Positions 11,266 to 23,900 of a stretch of DNA of 64,000 bases are shown here, piece by piece (position 1 is the stretch's first letter; each line of letters starts with the position of its first letter). The translations under genes were made by a program, and so were the position numbers. Below the pieces are notes generated by a model. It was not told the origin of the DNA. It made no database searches and saw only the letters and a list, made by a program, of their open reading frames with translations. This stretch comes from Camelus ferus (Eukaryota), in contig NC_045698.1 in assembly GCF_009834535.1 (NCBI RefSeq), positions 2,296,001-2,360,000 on the forward strand. The letters run 5' to 3'.

Positions 11266-14200
11266 AGCACCTGTGAACAGCGCTGAGGCCGCCACCTTGC
11301 GGCCCATGAAGTGATGTCACATTTGTCCCTAGGGTTTGTCTGCATCTCTGCCCACCACTGCTCTACCGACTGACAAAACTCGGGGACGTCCTGTAACGGC
11401 CATGGGCCGCAGGGCACCCCTGCAGCAGTCACGGGCCGTGTCTGCAGCCGTGTGGCCAGCCCCCAGGAGCGCAGGCACTTGGAGCATCCAGCCGGCACCC
11501 GCGGCTCCGAGCGCAGAGCCTGCCAGGCGCATCCCTGCGGAGTCACGGAGTAGGGGGGCTGGCCTCACACACCCGCGGCTCTGCTGAAAACTCACCTCCC
11601 AGCTGAGCCTTGTCACGGGCGGAATTTAGCCCGGTGACTGCAGGACAGAAGCCCCAGGTTCTGCTGGCTGTCCCCAAGGCCACCTCAGCTCCTTCCACGC
11701 CACCTCCTTTCCATAGCAGGGTCTTCCTGAAGCAAGTCCTTCCCACATTCAGAGCCTCTGGCTTCCTGGCCGGCAACCAGCTGGAGAAAATGCTCTGACT
11801 TTTAAAGGGCTCCTGGCATGAGGTCAGGTCCACCATGACCACCCTCCTCTCTTCCAGTCACGTGACAGCCTCGTCACTAGAGGGGAATCCACCCGTGCCT
11901 GTCCTGGGGACCCCCAGGGGGAGCAGCCTTGGGCTTGGTGGGACGTCTCGGGGCCATCTGAGACGTCTGCCTGCCACACACACAAGGAGGTAAATTCCCA
12001 AATAAAAAGACTCCACAGTTATTATTAAATGTTGTCTTAGGAATGTCATTTATCAAAAAGAGAAGGTGGGGTCGATCATGGGGCTTCCGAAGGCTTCTCG
12101 CCTGGACACCGAGTCTTGAGTGGACAATCTACGCTGTTCATCTGTGTGTCAAAGGAACCATCACGTCGAAAGCCCTCTGCTCCTCCGAGCTGGTGGGCGT
12201 GCTGGGTGGGCTGTGGACCCTCCTGGGCGCCTGGGGCTCCTCGACTCGGGCGCAGTTCTGGAAAGCAGCCTGGAGGAGGGGAGTGTGGCTGGGGGTGCTG
12301 CAGACCCAGCCCACAGGCGGGTGTTGGTGGGACCCCAGGGTCGGCCAGGCGGGAAACTGGAGAGCCCACAAGGGTGGCTGGAGGCGGTGGGATGGGGCAG
12401 GGGTGGGGCCGACCATCCGAGGTGGGTCCCGAACACAGGAATGGAGGAGGACCTGGGCTGCTCTGCTCTGCCTGCTCCCACTCCCCCCAGGCAGCCTCTG
12501 GGTGAGTCACCTCCCCTCCCAGGCCTCCTGTCCCCATCCCACCCCGCTGCTATCCTGACCCACCTGTCCCCCCTCAGGTAAGAGGAGGGCCTGTGTCCCG
12601 GGATGGGGAGGGTGGCGGGTGTCTGCTGCGGAGCCAGCGACCCCAGAGCAGCCCCTGCATGCCTGGCCCTTGCTGGACGCTGGCTCTGTCTTCACTGTGT
12701 GGGAGCAGGACGTCCTGGTGCCTCTGGAATCAGACGGAGGCAATTGGCATGTAAGTGTGTGTGTTTTCTGCAGAAAGACTTTAATTTTCATTGGGACATT
12801 AAGAAACCATGACTGTCTCCTCCAACACCCAGCAGAGAAAAGATACGTGTATTTTATATATATATTATTAATTCAGAAATCAGCCATCGCTCTGAAACTG
12901 TCTCTTCCCTGACACTGAATGCTGTCAACGTGCCGCCTTCAGAACTGGCACCCTCTCTCCTTCTGTGGTCCCAACTCCAGCCTCCCTAGGAAGCAAATTG
13001 CAGACTCATAGGGAGGGGGGACCTGGCCCCAGAGCTCTCTGCTCCACACGCTGGACTTCACCCCTAGAGAACGGGAAGCATTTCCAGGATCCAAGTAAGG
13101 AAGGGGGGTCTCAGCCACCGGGATCACGGGAAGAAGCCAATTTGGAGTCTGGGCACTTAGGAGCCACAGAATGTGTGCGTTCTGTGTGGACTGCCTGAAG
13201 GAACAGTCCAGGTGACCCCGGGCCAAATGTAGGGGACTGTGTTCTCCTGTCATCTTGGAAGCCTTGCCTTGGGTTTGAAAACCGCACCGCGGAACAGGCT
13301 CTGGCTTCCCTGGATGCAGAATAACTTGCCATCAAACTTAATTAAGATGAGACTGGTCATATTTATCTTGCGTTTTCTCTAAGGTAGTGTTTTTCTTCTA
13401 ATTGGGACTTGAGGGCACCCCCTAGCCAAGGCGCCTTGGGCTACAGAGAGTGGCCGCTGCGGGCAAACTGGCAGGCAGCTGGCTCTCCCGGGAGGAGACG
13501 CAGGCCCGCCCGCCCGCCCGCGGGTTCATCCGCAGGGGCTCCTCTAAATCACTCCCATCCCAGCCACGGAGGGGGTTTCAGCTTGAGCTTCATCTGCAGA
13601 AGGACTCTGACATCCTCAGACAGCCCAACAGCCATAACTCAAGGCAGTGGACGTCTCCGTGTGCAGTCATGCAGAGCCCCCTAGAACCACATCCCTGGTA
13701 CCCCCTGCCCCCACGAGTTTCTGCCAACCTGCTCACTGGTGAGCCCCAAACAAGGTGGGCAGGAAAGACGTGCCCTCGAGTTGAGGAGACAGCTGGAGGC
13801 TTAGGTCCTGCACTGCTGCCTGGCGCTGGGGTGTGTTAGAGGCAGGAGGGCGGGCGCCAATGAGTCTATTGTCCTAAGAGGAGGATTCAGAGATCCTGAG
13901 CTGCCTGGGCTGCCAGCAGGCGGGGTTCATGACAACACACAGCTGCCTCGGCCGGAACCCCGCAGCAGACACCTGCATCGCGGGACAGTGGGACCCCGTC
14001 TCTTAAGCCGTGGCAAAGCTCCTCTGCCAGGACCCCGGTGCACCCACGTGCTTCCTACTCTGAGTCGGCACCACCTCAGCAGTTGCCCTGGTGACCCCTC
14101 GAATTCCGTGGCCAACAAGCCAGCTCCGGGGGAAGGGTGCAGGGCTCCGGCTCCGCCCCAAATGCACACCGGTCAGTAAGGCAGGCAATTCTCTCCTTGA

Positions 14201-16164
14201 CTTTCAAGATGAAGGGCCCTCCACTGTCTACACAGGGTTTTGTATCCACAGCTGTTTTCGTTTTATTTTGTGTCTGGGGTTTCACCGATGTCATGTAATT
14301 TTCACATTTTCCCAAATTGAGCCGTTCTCTTTGCCTCTGCGGCACTGCTCCATCACGGGAGTCGCCGAGCTCTTAAAAGGGCAGCATTTTAAAGTTTTAA
14401 AAGACAGCTTTACTTGGAAAGGGCTCTGTAACTCATTTTCAGCGTCTTGTGCGTTTGGGAGATGCAGGCACATTCTTCATCATTGAAACGTACCGTTTTC
14501 CATGTGACTTGAGGATAAATGGACTTAATAAATCCCATTATTCTGAAGAACAATAAAAATAACAGGTTGGTGACACTGGAGCCATGATAAATAACATTTT
14601 TTATTTCGCCGTGTCATTATTATCTCTGTTCTCCTGCCTGGCTGCTGATAGACTGTCTCCCCGCAAACCCAGCCGGGGACTCTGGGCCCTGCCGGGCCGG
14701 CACGTCCCGGGAGCCGGTCTCCGGGATTCAGTGAGCCTGGAGTCACTGCTCCCTGCAGCCACAGACCGACACCAACATTCCAACCACCGGGGCCCCTGAA
14801 CTCCCAGCCTCACAGCAAGCCCCCCTCCTTTCTCCTGGGTGGAACCGGCTGGAATCCCAGATTGCGGCATCCACCCCCTCATTTACTTAATTATCAGAGA
14901 TCCTAGCCTGAAAACCAAGAGTGGCTCAAACTGGAGTGAAGGGGCAAAGGGGAAGGTATCAAAACAATTTAATAAGCTTTCGGGCTCTCACCAAAGTTCC
15001 GGTCAGACGACAGCTTGATAGACTGGCATCTTCAAAATGAACCAGCTGAGTTGTACAAAATCTGCCTGTTTTAAACTCCTTTATTTGTATTTAACTGGTC
15101 ATTAACATAGAATTGCATTTCTGCAAACAAAGCAGAGGGACCCAACCCAAGAGAAGGTGTCAGACAAATGCCCGGGTAGGGTCTCTGCTGTCTTCATGGG
15201 CCCAAGTCCTAGCGGGGGCCTGCGGTTTGGGAAGAAAACCTGCAAAACAGAGTTACAGGCCCTGGCGCAAGGCCAGCCTGTCCTTGTGCGGCCACGGGCG
15301 GGGGGCGACGCCTGCACTGCACGGGGACCGCGTCTAACGCCCGTGTCCTTTCCTTCCCCTGAAATCTTCCCTCTTGTGTTGTGGGGTTTGCATCCCTGTC
15401 CCCACCGTCATTCTTGTCCCCTAACGGTCCTCCTGCTCACACGCACGCTTTGAGCAGGTCCAATGTCAGGCTTTACCGGAGCAAGTCTCTCCTTCTCACT
15501 GACGCCGAGGCTGACAGACAGCGCCCCTGCTCCCCGGAACCTGGGAGGTGCGCCGTCCTTGGGAGCCCTGGCGGTGGGCAGGCCTGGCTCCGAGTGGCCA
15601 CCGCCCCCACCCCCCAGAGGAGCAGGAGGGGCAGCTGAGGTGGGAGGGGACCCCGGCGAGCAGGGGGCTGAACACTCAGCAATGCTCTTTGGTGGAAGGA
15701 AGTAGTCCAGGTCAGGGCGGATGCCAGGCCCCTCCTGAGTGGACTGCCGACTATTCAGGGATGCTCAGCCAACCTGCGGCTCCTCTGGGCTCATTTTTCA
15801 GGGAAGGCAGACCCCTTCTGGAGTGGCTGGGACCCCAGGGCGGAGGACAGAGGGCAGGACTCCAGGCCGCTGACGGTCCCTTCCTCCCACCCCGACCACC
15901 CTACCGCCCTGTCTCCCTCCTCCCACACGTCACGTTTGCTCCAACCTTGAGCTTCACAGACAGGGCTGGGGGGTGGGGAAGGGGTCTGGTGTCTTCTCGC
16001 TGGACAGCTCTCTGCCCTCTCACTGCTCCACGCCACCCTGGAGTCTGCACCTCGGGGCCCCTGCTCTCCTCCTGAATATCCAGCTCCCTCTGGTCGCACC
16101 GTCCTGGAAGCCTCCCTGGCCTCCGAGGGTGACCAGAGCCGCCGCGGCACTCTGCCCGCCTTGT

Positions 16165-16512
16165 CTCTGCTGCTCTGACAGTGCAGGCTGTGATCACAAA
16201 GCCCCACAGAGACATTCATGCCTCCTGGTTCTGGAAGCTGGAAGTCCAAGGTCCCCCCCAAGGTCAAGGTGCCGGCAGATTCTCCCCCAGATGCACTTCT
16301 TAGGGCACAGGGAGAGGGCTCCAGCCTGCTCCCCTTCCTAGAAGGGCATTAATCCCACAGTGGGGGCTCTACCCTCAGGACCGCACCTAGGCCCAGTCAC
16401 TGCCCAAGGGCCTCACCTCCAAAAGCCATCACATTGGGGCTTAGGGCTTCTGTGAATTCACACAAAGTTACTAGGGCTTCAGTGAATTTGTATGAGTCCT
16501 GGGACCCACAAC
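16165..16512 (-). mobile_element. MaLR LTR (MLT1A-like)
   Basis: GTTCTGGAAGCTGGAAGTCCAAG..CAAGGTGCCGGCAGATTC..GGCATTAATCCC..CCATCACATTGGGG..TTAGGGCTTC is the reverse of MLT1 consensus motifs. Confidence 0.75.
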
Positions 16513-19500
16513 TCTCTTCCTCCTTCCTGCTGACGACACACAGGGCTCCCATGCAGCTTCGCCTGGACCCCCAGCAGCTCCAGTGTCCCGCCGGCCATCG
16601 GCCCCACATCCTCCCCCCGTGACCTTCCCCAGGGTCCCCAGGTCTGAACCACCCTACCTCCTGCTGCAGGCAGTTCCCCAAGAGTTCAAAGGCTTTGCAC
16701 ACTCCCGGGTACAGCTAAGTGGACTGTGGACCCTCTGGTCTCCACACAGGGCTGAGCCCACTGCGCAACTGCCCACCTCACCCCACCACAGGCTGACGCC
16801 CGCCCGTCACCACTGCCCTCTCACGGCGTCCGTCCCGCCTGGGGCACGCTGCCCTTCATCTGCTCGCTGTCCGGGTGTCAGGCGGCAGGGGAGGCTGCAG
16901 GGGTCTGGGGACCTGGGTCACGTGTAGCCCCAGCTCGACGTGGAGGACGCACAGCACAGAGAGCCCTCCCCACAAAGAGCAGACCACCGTCTGCCCAGCT
17001 CAACCCCCTCCTCCCCAGGCCCCCGGGCCCCCAGCAGCCGACACGGGAACAGTCAGACGGGAGGCTGCGGGGGACACAGGGACACCCCGAGGGCTTAACT
17101 GACTGTGGCTCCAACACCCGACTGCAACACGTCGAGACCCGGCACCGGGGTGAGCACATTTATTGCATAGTGTGGGGGGCTGTGCGTGTGGGGGTCCCCA
17201 AAACTGCATCTTCACTTCAGAGCAGGTCTGTAGGAACAGTCCGTCCAGTCGCCCCCCGAGACTGGAGTTCCAGCCGCAAGGGACACCTGCCCCATCCTCC
17301 CTGGACCTCCCCGACAGAACAGCAAACCCCACTCTGGGGGCCGCGTCATTATTTGGGGGAAATAAGAGACTTGGCGTGATTCTGACCCCAGAATATTCCT
17401 ACAGAAAGACTCCCACTTGGAGTTCTTGACCCAAGTTGCGCTGTGTGAGGAGCGTAACTGGGAGGGCGGCAGTGGGGCGACAGGGCGCCCTGGCTGCTCC
17501 ACTTACTGCCACCAACAGCCATTTGTGCAGAAGCACGTGGGGCTCCGGATGGGCATTAGCACAGGGGTCCCGGGGGCAGCCCCTTCCTTCCGGAAGCTAA
17601 ACCGTCACTTTGTGAGAAGTGATGCATTTCTGTTGTGATGCAGAGATGTTTGTGATGCAGTGATGCATGATGTTTCTAGTAAGTGCTGTGAAAAATCAGT
17701 GAGCCCACAAAGCCGAGATCTGGTTCCAGGCAAGTCGACAGTGGATGTTGAATTTTTTGACTCCTGAAATCTTGATTCTTCGATAGCTTGCACTTTTACG
17801 AACGTACTTGTTCAAAGAAGCTCCCTGAATTTCTCCACGAAGCACATCACTGGAAAGCTGGGATATTTGGCATCTTCTGGGACGAAGGTGACGGAGCCAG
17901 GCTGACTTCCATCATTTCGATCAGACAGGAGGGAGCGAGGGGCCACGTGGCAACCAGCCCTCCGAGTAGAATTTAGGTTTCCAGCGACACCTACCTCTCA
18001 GTGATTAGGGTTTACTGGTCATTTTAACACTTTTCAGTCCTGTATTCTCCAAAGGGTTCAGACTTTATCTGCAAAAGTTGAGTGGGGGAAAAGATAAAAG
18101 GCTTTCCTTCATACTCAACAGAAAGTCCAGAACGGAGGACTGGGATTCAGAAACCGGTACGTACACAGTCACAGATGCTCCCTCGGACCCAACAGGAGGC
18201 TTGGAAGCAGGGCTGGGGTGCAGACAGGCCCTCCAGACCGCCCCTGCTGGCCCTCTGAGCCCCTCGTGGCAGGAAGACCCCCGTCTCATGAAGCCGCAGA
18301 TCTGCCTGACCTGCGAGCACCCCCGAGCACTCAGGCTGCCGTCCTCACACGCTGGAGCTCAGAGAGCCAGCGGCTGTTTCCAGGCTCTGTGCGCAGAGAG
18401 CCCAGCGCCCCCAAGGAACTCCAGCCCATTTAGCTGGGGAATGTGGCATCTGGAGGGGAAGCGGGCAGCGGGGCGGGGCAGCGGGGCGGGGGACTGCAGC
18501 TCCTTCATGCGTTTTCCTAGTTGATCATCAGCCAGTCTGGAAAGAATCCACCACTGTGTTCACAAGAGTGCTGAGAAAACAACCCATTATTCTGACTTGC
18601 AGGAGAACCTAATGCATAACTTACTATTCAAACGGCATTCAGACCCTCGGATTCAGGAAATGACTTGGAGGACTGATGGGTCCTCCGAGGGTCAGTGGGC
18701 GATGCTCGGCCAGGTTTGATATTTTAAGCTCTCGGGGATTCCCCGGGGGTAATAGAGAAACAATGAGTTTCAAAAGGACGGGCTTAAAACTGGGAAGAAA
18801 ATGTTTAACAGCAGACGGAGGGGGAAAGTTCAAAAAAAGCTTAAGAAAATATAGAGTCAGCTGGCAGGCTCCAGAGAAACACTGGAACAGTGCGCGGGTC
18901 GCCGGAGAGGTGGAAATGCAGAGCCCCGCGGGCCGGGGCGGAGAGCAGGCGGCTCGGCCCGGCCCGCAGAGCGGCGCCTACTTCAGGGAAGATCAAGCAC
19001 CGGGAGCGGCTCATTGGCCTCAGATGAGGACGCAAAACGGCCGAGACCATTGTAAAGAGAAGGTGAAACAGCTTAATAAAAGGCCTGATAACTACACACG
19101 GAACAGGATGGGTGGTTTGGGGGTCCACGGCCCTTCCAGTCGACCCAGGGACGCTCTGCTATGAAAGGCACCTGCCCTTGCCCTTCGTCAGTGAAGGCTG
19201 CCCAGGACCCCGGTGGGTGAGGGACCGCGCACTCCAGGGCAGCCGGGGCAGAGAGTCCAGACCACAGCAAGGATAAGAGCCTCAAAGGAAGAGCTTTTAG
19301 GTCCTTGTGCAAAGTGAAGGTGGCCAGTGAGCCAGGACAGTGTGACGTTCCGAAGGATCAGAAGCAGCGGGACGCAATGCCACCTGCTTCTGTTCCCAGG
19401 TGTGAGCACTGGAATCGCAAACCTGAAGCAGTAACGGGAGGGTCCGGACTCCACAGGGACACCAGGATGGAGAGGCTGGCAGACCCCACTTCAGTCTCGG

Positions 19501-19929
19501 TATAATTCACCGATGAGCTACTAAAAAGCAACGATGCAACCAAGACTTGGTTTGTCATTCAACACGTGCCCACTGAAAATGGCCACAACTGAAAATCACG
19601 TGGGCGAGGCAAAATTCAACTGGGACTGCAGGGTGGTCCTCTGCTCAGGGACCCCAGCTCAGCTGCCGGGGGGACCTGGAGGCAGAACCCTAACAATAAG
19701 TTCAGTGACCACCAGGACCTAATGCTAGAGCAGGGGATGGGCCGAGAGAGAGGCCTGACAATACACGTCGGGCTTGAGGTAAAAGCCTGAGTTATCAGAA
19801 CCCACGTGGGAACCCCAGCACGTCTATCCTGAAATACAGACCCCCCGGCCGTTTTCAGAAGGATCAACCACGCGGAGCTGCTCACCAGTGGGTCTCAGTT
19901 TCCACCCAGTTGACGTGATGTTTAAGCAA

Positions 19930-20102
19930 GGACTTGGGAGTGGGTCCACCTGGGCTGAAATCCTGGTTTCTTCACTATTAGCCATGAGACCCCTGGACTG
20001 TAAGCCCCTGGAGGAAAAGAAATCTCATGTGGAGCTGAGGATAAGAGGAGGGAAAAACTGAAACGTACTTTGCACTGTTTTGGGGGAAAGTAAGAGCTCA
20101 AT
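19930..20102 (+). mobile_element. degraded MIR
   Basis: CCTGGGCTGAAATCCTGG..CACTATTAGCCATGAGACC and terminal GTAAGAGCTCAAT. Confidence 0.45.
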
Positions 20103-20169
20103 GAGACACTGTCTGAGTGTTATTTTAAGAGCAGTTCTTACATCTACCATCAAGACACACTCTTTTTCA

Positions 20170-20931
20170 GGGTGTGGAGGAAAGGGAACCCCCTACACTG
20201 CTGGTGGGAATGCAGTTTGGTGCAGCCATTATGGAAATCACTAAGGAGATGCCTCAAAAAACTGAAAATAGACTTACTGTATGATCCAGCAATCCCACTC
20301 CTGAGCATGTATTCAGAGAAGACTCTAATTCAAAAAGACACCTGCACCCCAACGTTCACAGCAGCGCTATTTACAGTAGCCAAGACATGGAAACAGCCTA
20401 AATGTCCATGGACAGATGACTGGATAAAGAAGAGGTGGTATACTTATACAATGGAATACTATTCAGCCATAAAAAGGAATGAATTAATGTCATTTGCAGC
20501 AACATGGATGGACCTGGAGATGATCATACTAAATGAAGTCAATTGGTCAGAGAAAGACAAATACCATACGACATCACTTACATGTGGAATCTAAAAAATG
20601 ATACAAATGAACTTATTTACAAAACAAACAGACTCACAAACATAGAAAACAAACTTATGGTTACCAAAGGGGAAATTTGGGGGAGGGATAAACTAGGAGT
20701 ATGGAATTAACAGAGATAAACTACCACATATAAAATAGATAAACAACAAGGACCTGCTCTATAGCACAGGAAACTATATTCAATAACTTGCAATAATCTA
20801 TAATGAAAAAGAATATATATATATATAACTGAATCACTGTGCTGCACAGCAGAAACTAACACATTGTAAATCAACTATACTTCAATTAAAAAAATTAAAA
20901 ATTAAAAAAAAAAGCACTCATTGAAAAAAAA
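20170..20931 (+). mobile_element. 5'-truncated LINE-1 with target-site duplication
   Basis: Track ORF 20172..20594 is an intact L1 ORF2 C-terminus (HCWWEC...YDPAIPLL...WKQPKCP...MEYYSAIK), followed by 3' UTR and A-tail; 18-bp TSD AAGACACACTCTTTTTCA (20152-20169) / AAGATACACTCTCTTTCA (20932-20949). Confidence 0.96.
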
Positions 20932-23900
20932 AAGATACACTCTCTTTCAAAAGACCCCCAGCATCAGAAGTGGCTCCCATGTTTCACGACGGTGCAGGAC
21001 GCCAAGATGGCACACACGGAGATGGCAAGGAGAGAAGGCATTCAGTGGGCAGCAGGGTTGTTTCAGGACGGATTTCCTTTTGGGCGAGTGGAGGGGTTCA
21101 GGAGGGTCAGCGCCGCGGCCGTGCGGCAGAGTGGAGCGGTGGTCGCTGGCAGCAGCCTCCCCAGGGCAGCTGGGTTCCGCAGCTGCTTTGAACAAGTGTT
21201 CTTCCCTGCTCTGTTTAGGTAGCAAGCACCCTGGTCATCCTCCATACCCAGCTGATGGCCCATCGGCCGGTCCGTGCTCAGGGGGGAAAGCCCTCTTCTG
21301 GGATTTACTAGGAACAACTAAACAGGAAAGGATAGTATCCTGTTTAGTGTCCTCTTTCCTTGACGCTTGTCAGTTCAGACTTACCCGCCTCCGAGCTTCT
21401 CCTGAGGTTTGCTGGAGCTGAGCCCCCCCTTCCTCCTGGTAGAACAAGCAATAGGAGAAGAAAAATGCCGCTTCTAAACCCGTGTGCCGACAGCATCTCA
21501 CTCAGCTCTCAGAACCAGAAAGAAGGTCATTTTTTATTTCCACTTTAAAAATAAAGTCATGGTTCAAAAGATATGTAAGTAACACACCCAAGTTCACGGA
21601 GGTACAAGAAGACAGAGGAGAACTGGGGCTGGTCCTCTCTGGACTTCCCAACAGAGCAGCTTCCCGCCCCACCCTCCCTCCCCTGAACCACCCTCCACAT
21701 CACTGTCGCACCGGCATTTGGACACTTCATCTCCTCCTGCTGGGCTGAGACGTGCTCCAAGCTCCTCACAGCCCTCGGGATGTGGGGTGAACTCTGCCTC
21801 GCTCACGTGTCCTGTGCCATCTGGGACCTTCACTCCCACAACACTGGGCTCACCCCTCCCAGTGCCAAGTCCCCTGGCCCAAATCCTCACACTTGCCCCG
21901 CTTCCACGGTCCTCTGAGTCTCTCTGCACATGGCTTCCCAAGCAGAAAGCCCTTTAGGCTCACCAGCATGGCTGGCCGCTCACCAGCCCAGCCCAGCGCA
22001 TCAGCCCAGCCCCTGATGGGCCCCAGATGCGGTGAGTCAGCTGAGCAGGGCCTGCCCTCAGCGGTGGCTCCCCCACATCCCCGCATCTCTGCGTGGTGTG
22101 GTCCCTGCTGGGCTCTGAGCTCCTGAGAACACACCCCTACCCCCTCGGCATTCCCCGCCCCAGCTGTGCCTGACTGTGGGCAGGCATCTGAAAGCATCAT
22201 GGTGCTGGCAGAAGGGAACGCGTCTCTGGGGGTGGGGACACCTGCATTGGCCACTTCTCCTCCATGCGTCTGCGGCTGGCAGTGCAGACTGCCCGGCCAC
22301 CGTCAGGAGGACAGTGCAGGGGGGAGATTCTCACTCATCCATTCCTGCAAGGACTAAGCCAGGCTTCAAGTTCCCTAAATCCGCAGTTACTCGTAGGTCA
22401 CAGACGAGAGGGTGCAGTGAGCCTGAGTCTGGGAGCAACAATATTTGCAGATGTCACGGGCCCCACAGGTCTCACCTCCTGCCTGGCAACAGGAGTGCCT
22501 TAGGTGCCTGAGCCGTCGGAAAGGCCCTTGCAGGGCTGGCCGCCCCCAGAACGTTTCTGCCCTCACCCTTCTACGGCTAAATGAGAGTTTTTTTCCAAAT
22601 GAAGTTTTGTTTCTCAGAGTTGAGGTAGAACTTGCCTCTGCTTGTTTGGTTTGGCCCTCCTAGGATACCACGGCCCCAGGTAAGGGAAGCCCCTGACGGG
22701 CAGAGCCCGCGGACGGGGGTCGGCGCCTGCGGAACCTCCGTGATCACGCGCAGAAAGCGGGATTAGGCGTGCGTTTCACTCACCAGCAGTGGCAGCGGCA
22801 TCGCCCCACCTGCTTGTACAGTTCACATTAAAACCTGAAACCCAGCAAATCCCACTTCACAATGGCTTTCCGTGCTGGAGCCTGTGAATTAAAGGCCTCC
22901 GCTGTTTGGGAGGATTATTTCCCTGCCGCTACTGGCTTCAAAGGAACAGGAGTCTCCTCTCCCTCACTCTTCCATCGATCCTCGATCAGGTGCCTTTGTT
23001 TTGGATTCCTCCCGAAACAAAGACAAACAGATACATGTTAAACACTTTCATGTACGGCTTTGTCTCAGTTCAGCTTTCTCACTGGCTTCCACTGCCTTGT
23101 TATAAAGATTACTAGGCGGTTGGGGGAAAATCAGGGAATTACCATAAATTCTATTCACTAAATGCCGACACTTTCAGGCAAATTATCTCAATTGAAAAAT
23201 ACTTTGGCATCCCAAGTAATTATATGCAATTAAAACCCCTCTGTTCCTTGACGCTCCCCTGTTAATTTATAATAGAGTATCTGCACTCAGGGAAACGGAA
23301 AGGTTAGCAAACACTACAAATCAAAGCCATCTCTCAGCGCCACCAAAACAAAGCCGAACATTCATCCTGCTCACCGGGCACTTCAGAGTTCAGACCAAAT
23401 TATTTAATACTCTCCTGCTCTGTAATGAGCTAGAAAGAATCTGGAGAGTGCTTCCTTGAAGACAGAATGTTCTCAGGCTCTCGGCAAACACGCAGGAGGG
23501 CTCCAGCCCCGCCCCACCGCCTCCAGGCCTGACGCGGACCCCGGGCTGGGGTTGGGGCGCTTCTCGCGGGGCCACATGCACCGCTTCCCCCGGGCTCCTC
23601 GTGCTCCCAGGGCTGCGGCTCCATCTGCACTTAAACCTCCGAGAGTAGGTCGCCCCTGCAGCCGCCCGGCCCGGGAACCTGGGCCGCCTGCCCGGAGACC
23701 CCACTTCCCGCCCCGGCTTCACCTCCCCAGCAGTGAACCGGGCGTCCCGGTCTCCGACCGGCAGGTGCTGCCCTGGAGCCTGCAAAAGCCCCCCCCCCCC
23801 AGGGACCGAGCTCCCACCCCCAGGCCGGAAGCCAGAGTTCTGTGTAAGTGACAGTAGATTATGGGAGGTAAGAGGCTAATTGTCCCCCACATAGTCATCT

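Noticed and set aside
16442..16488. 17-bp direct repeat TAGGGCTTC(T/A)GTGAATT spaced 30 bp apart
   Set aside because: Small local duplication inside an MLT1 LTR; no sign of function.
20172..20594. 140-aa ORF as a host gene
   Set aside because: It is the C-terminal end of L1 ORF2 in a 5'-truncated copy.
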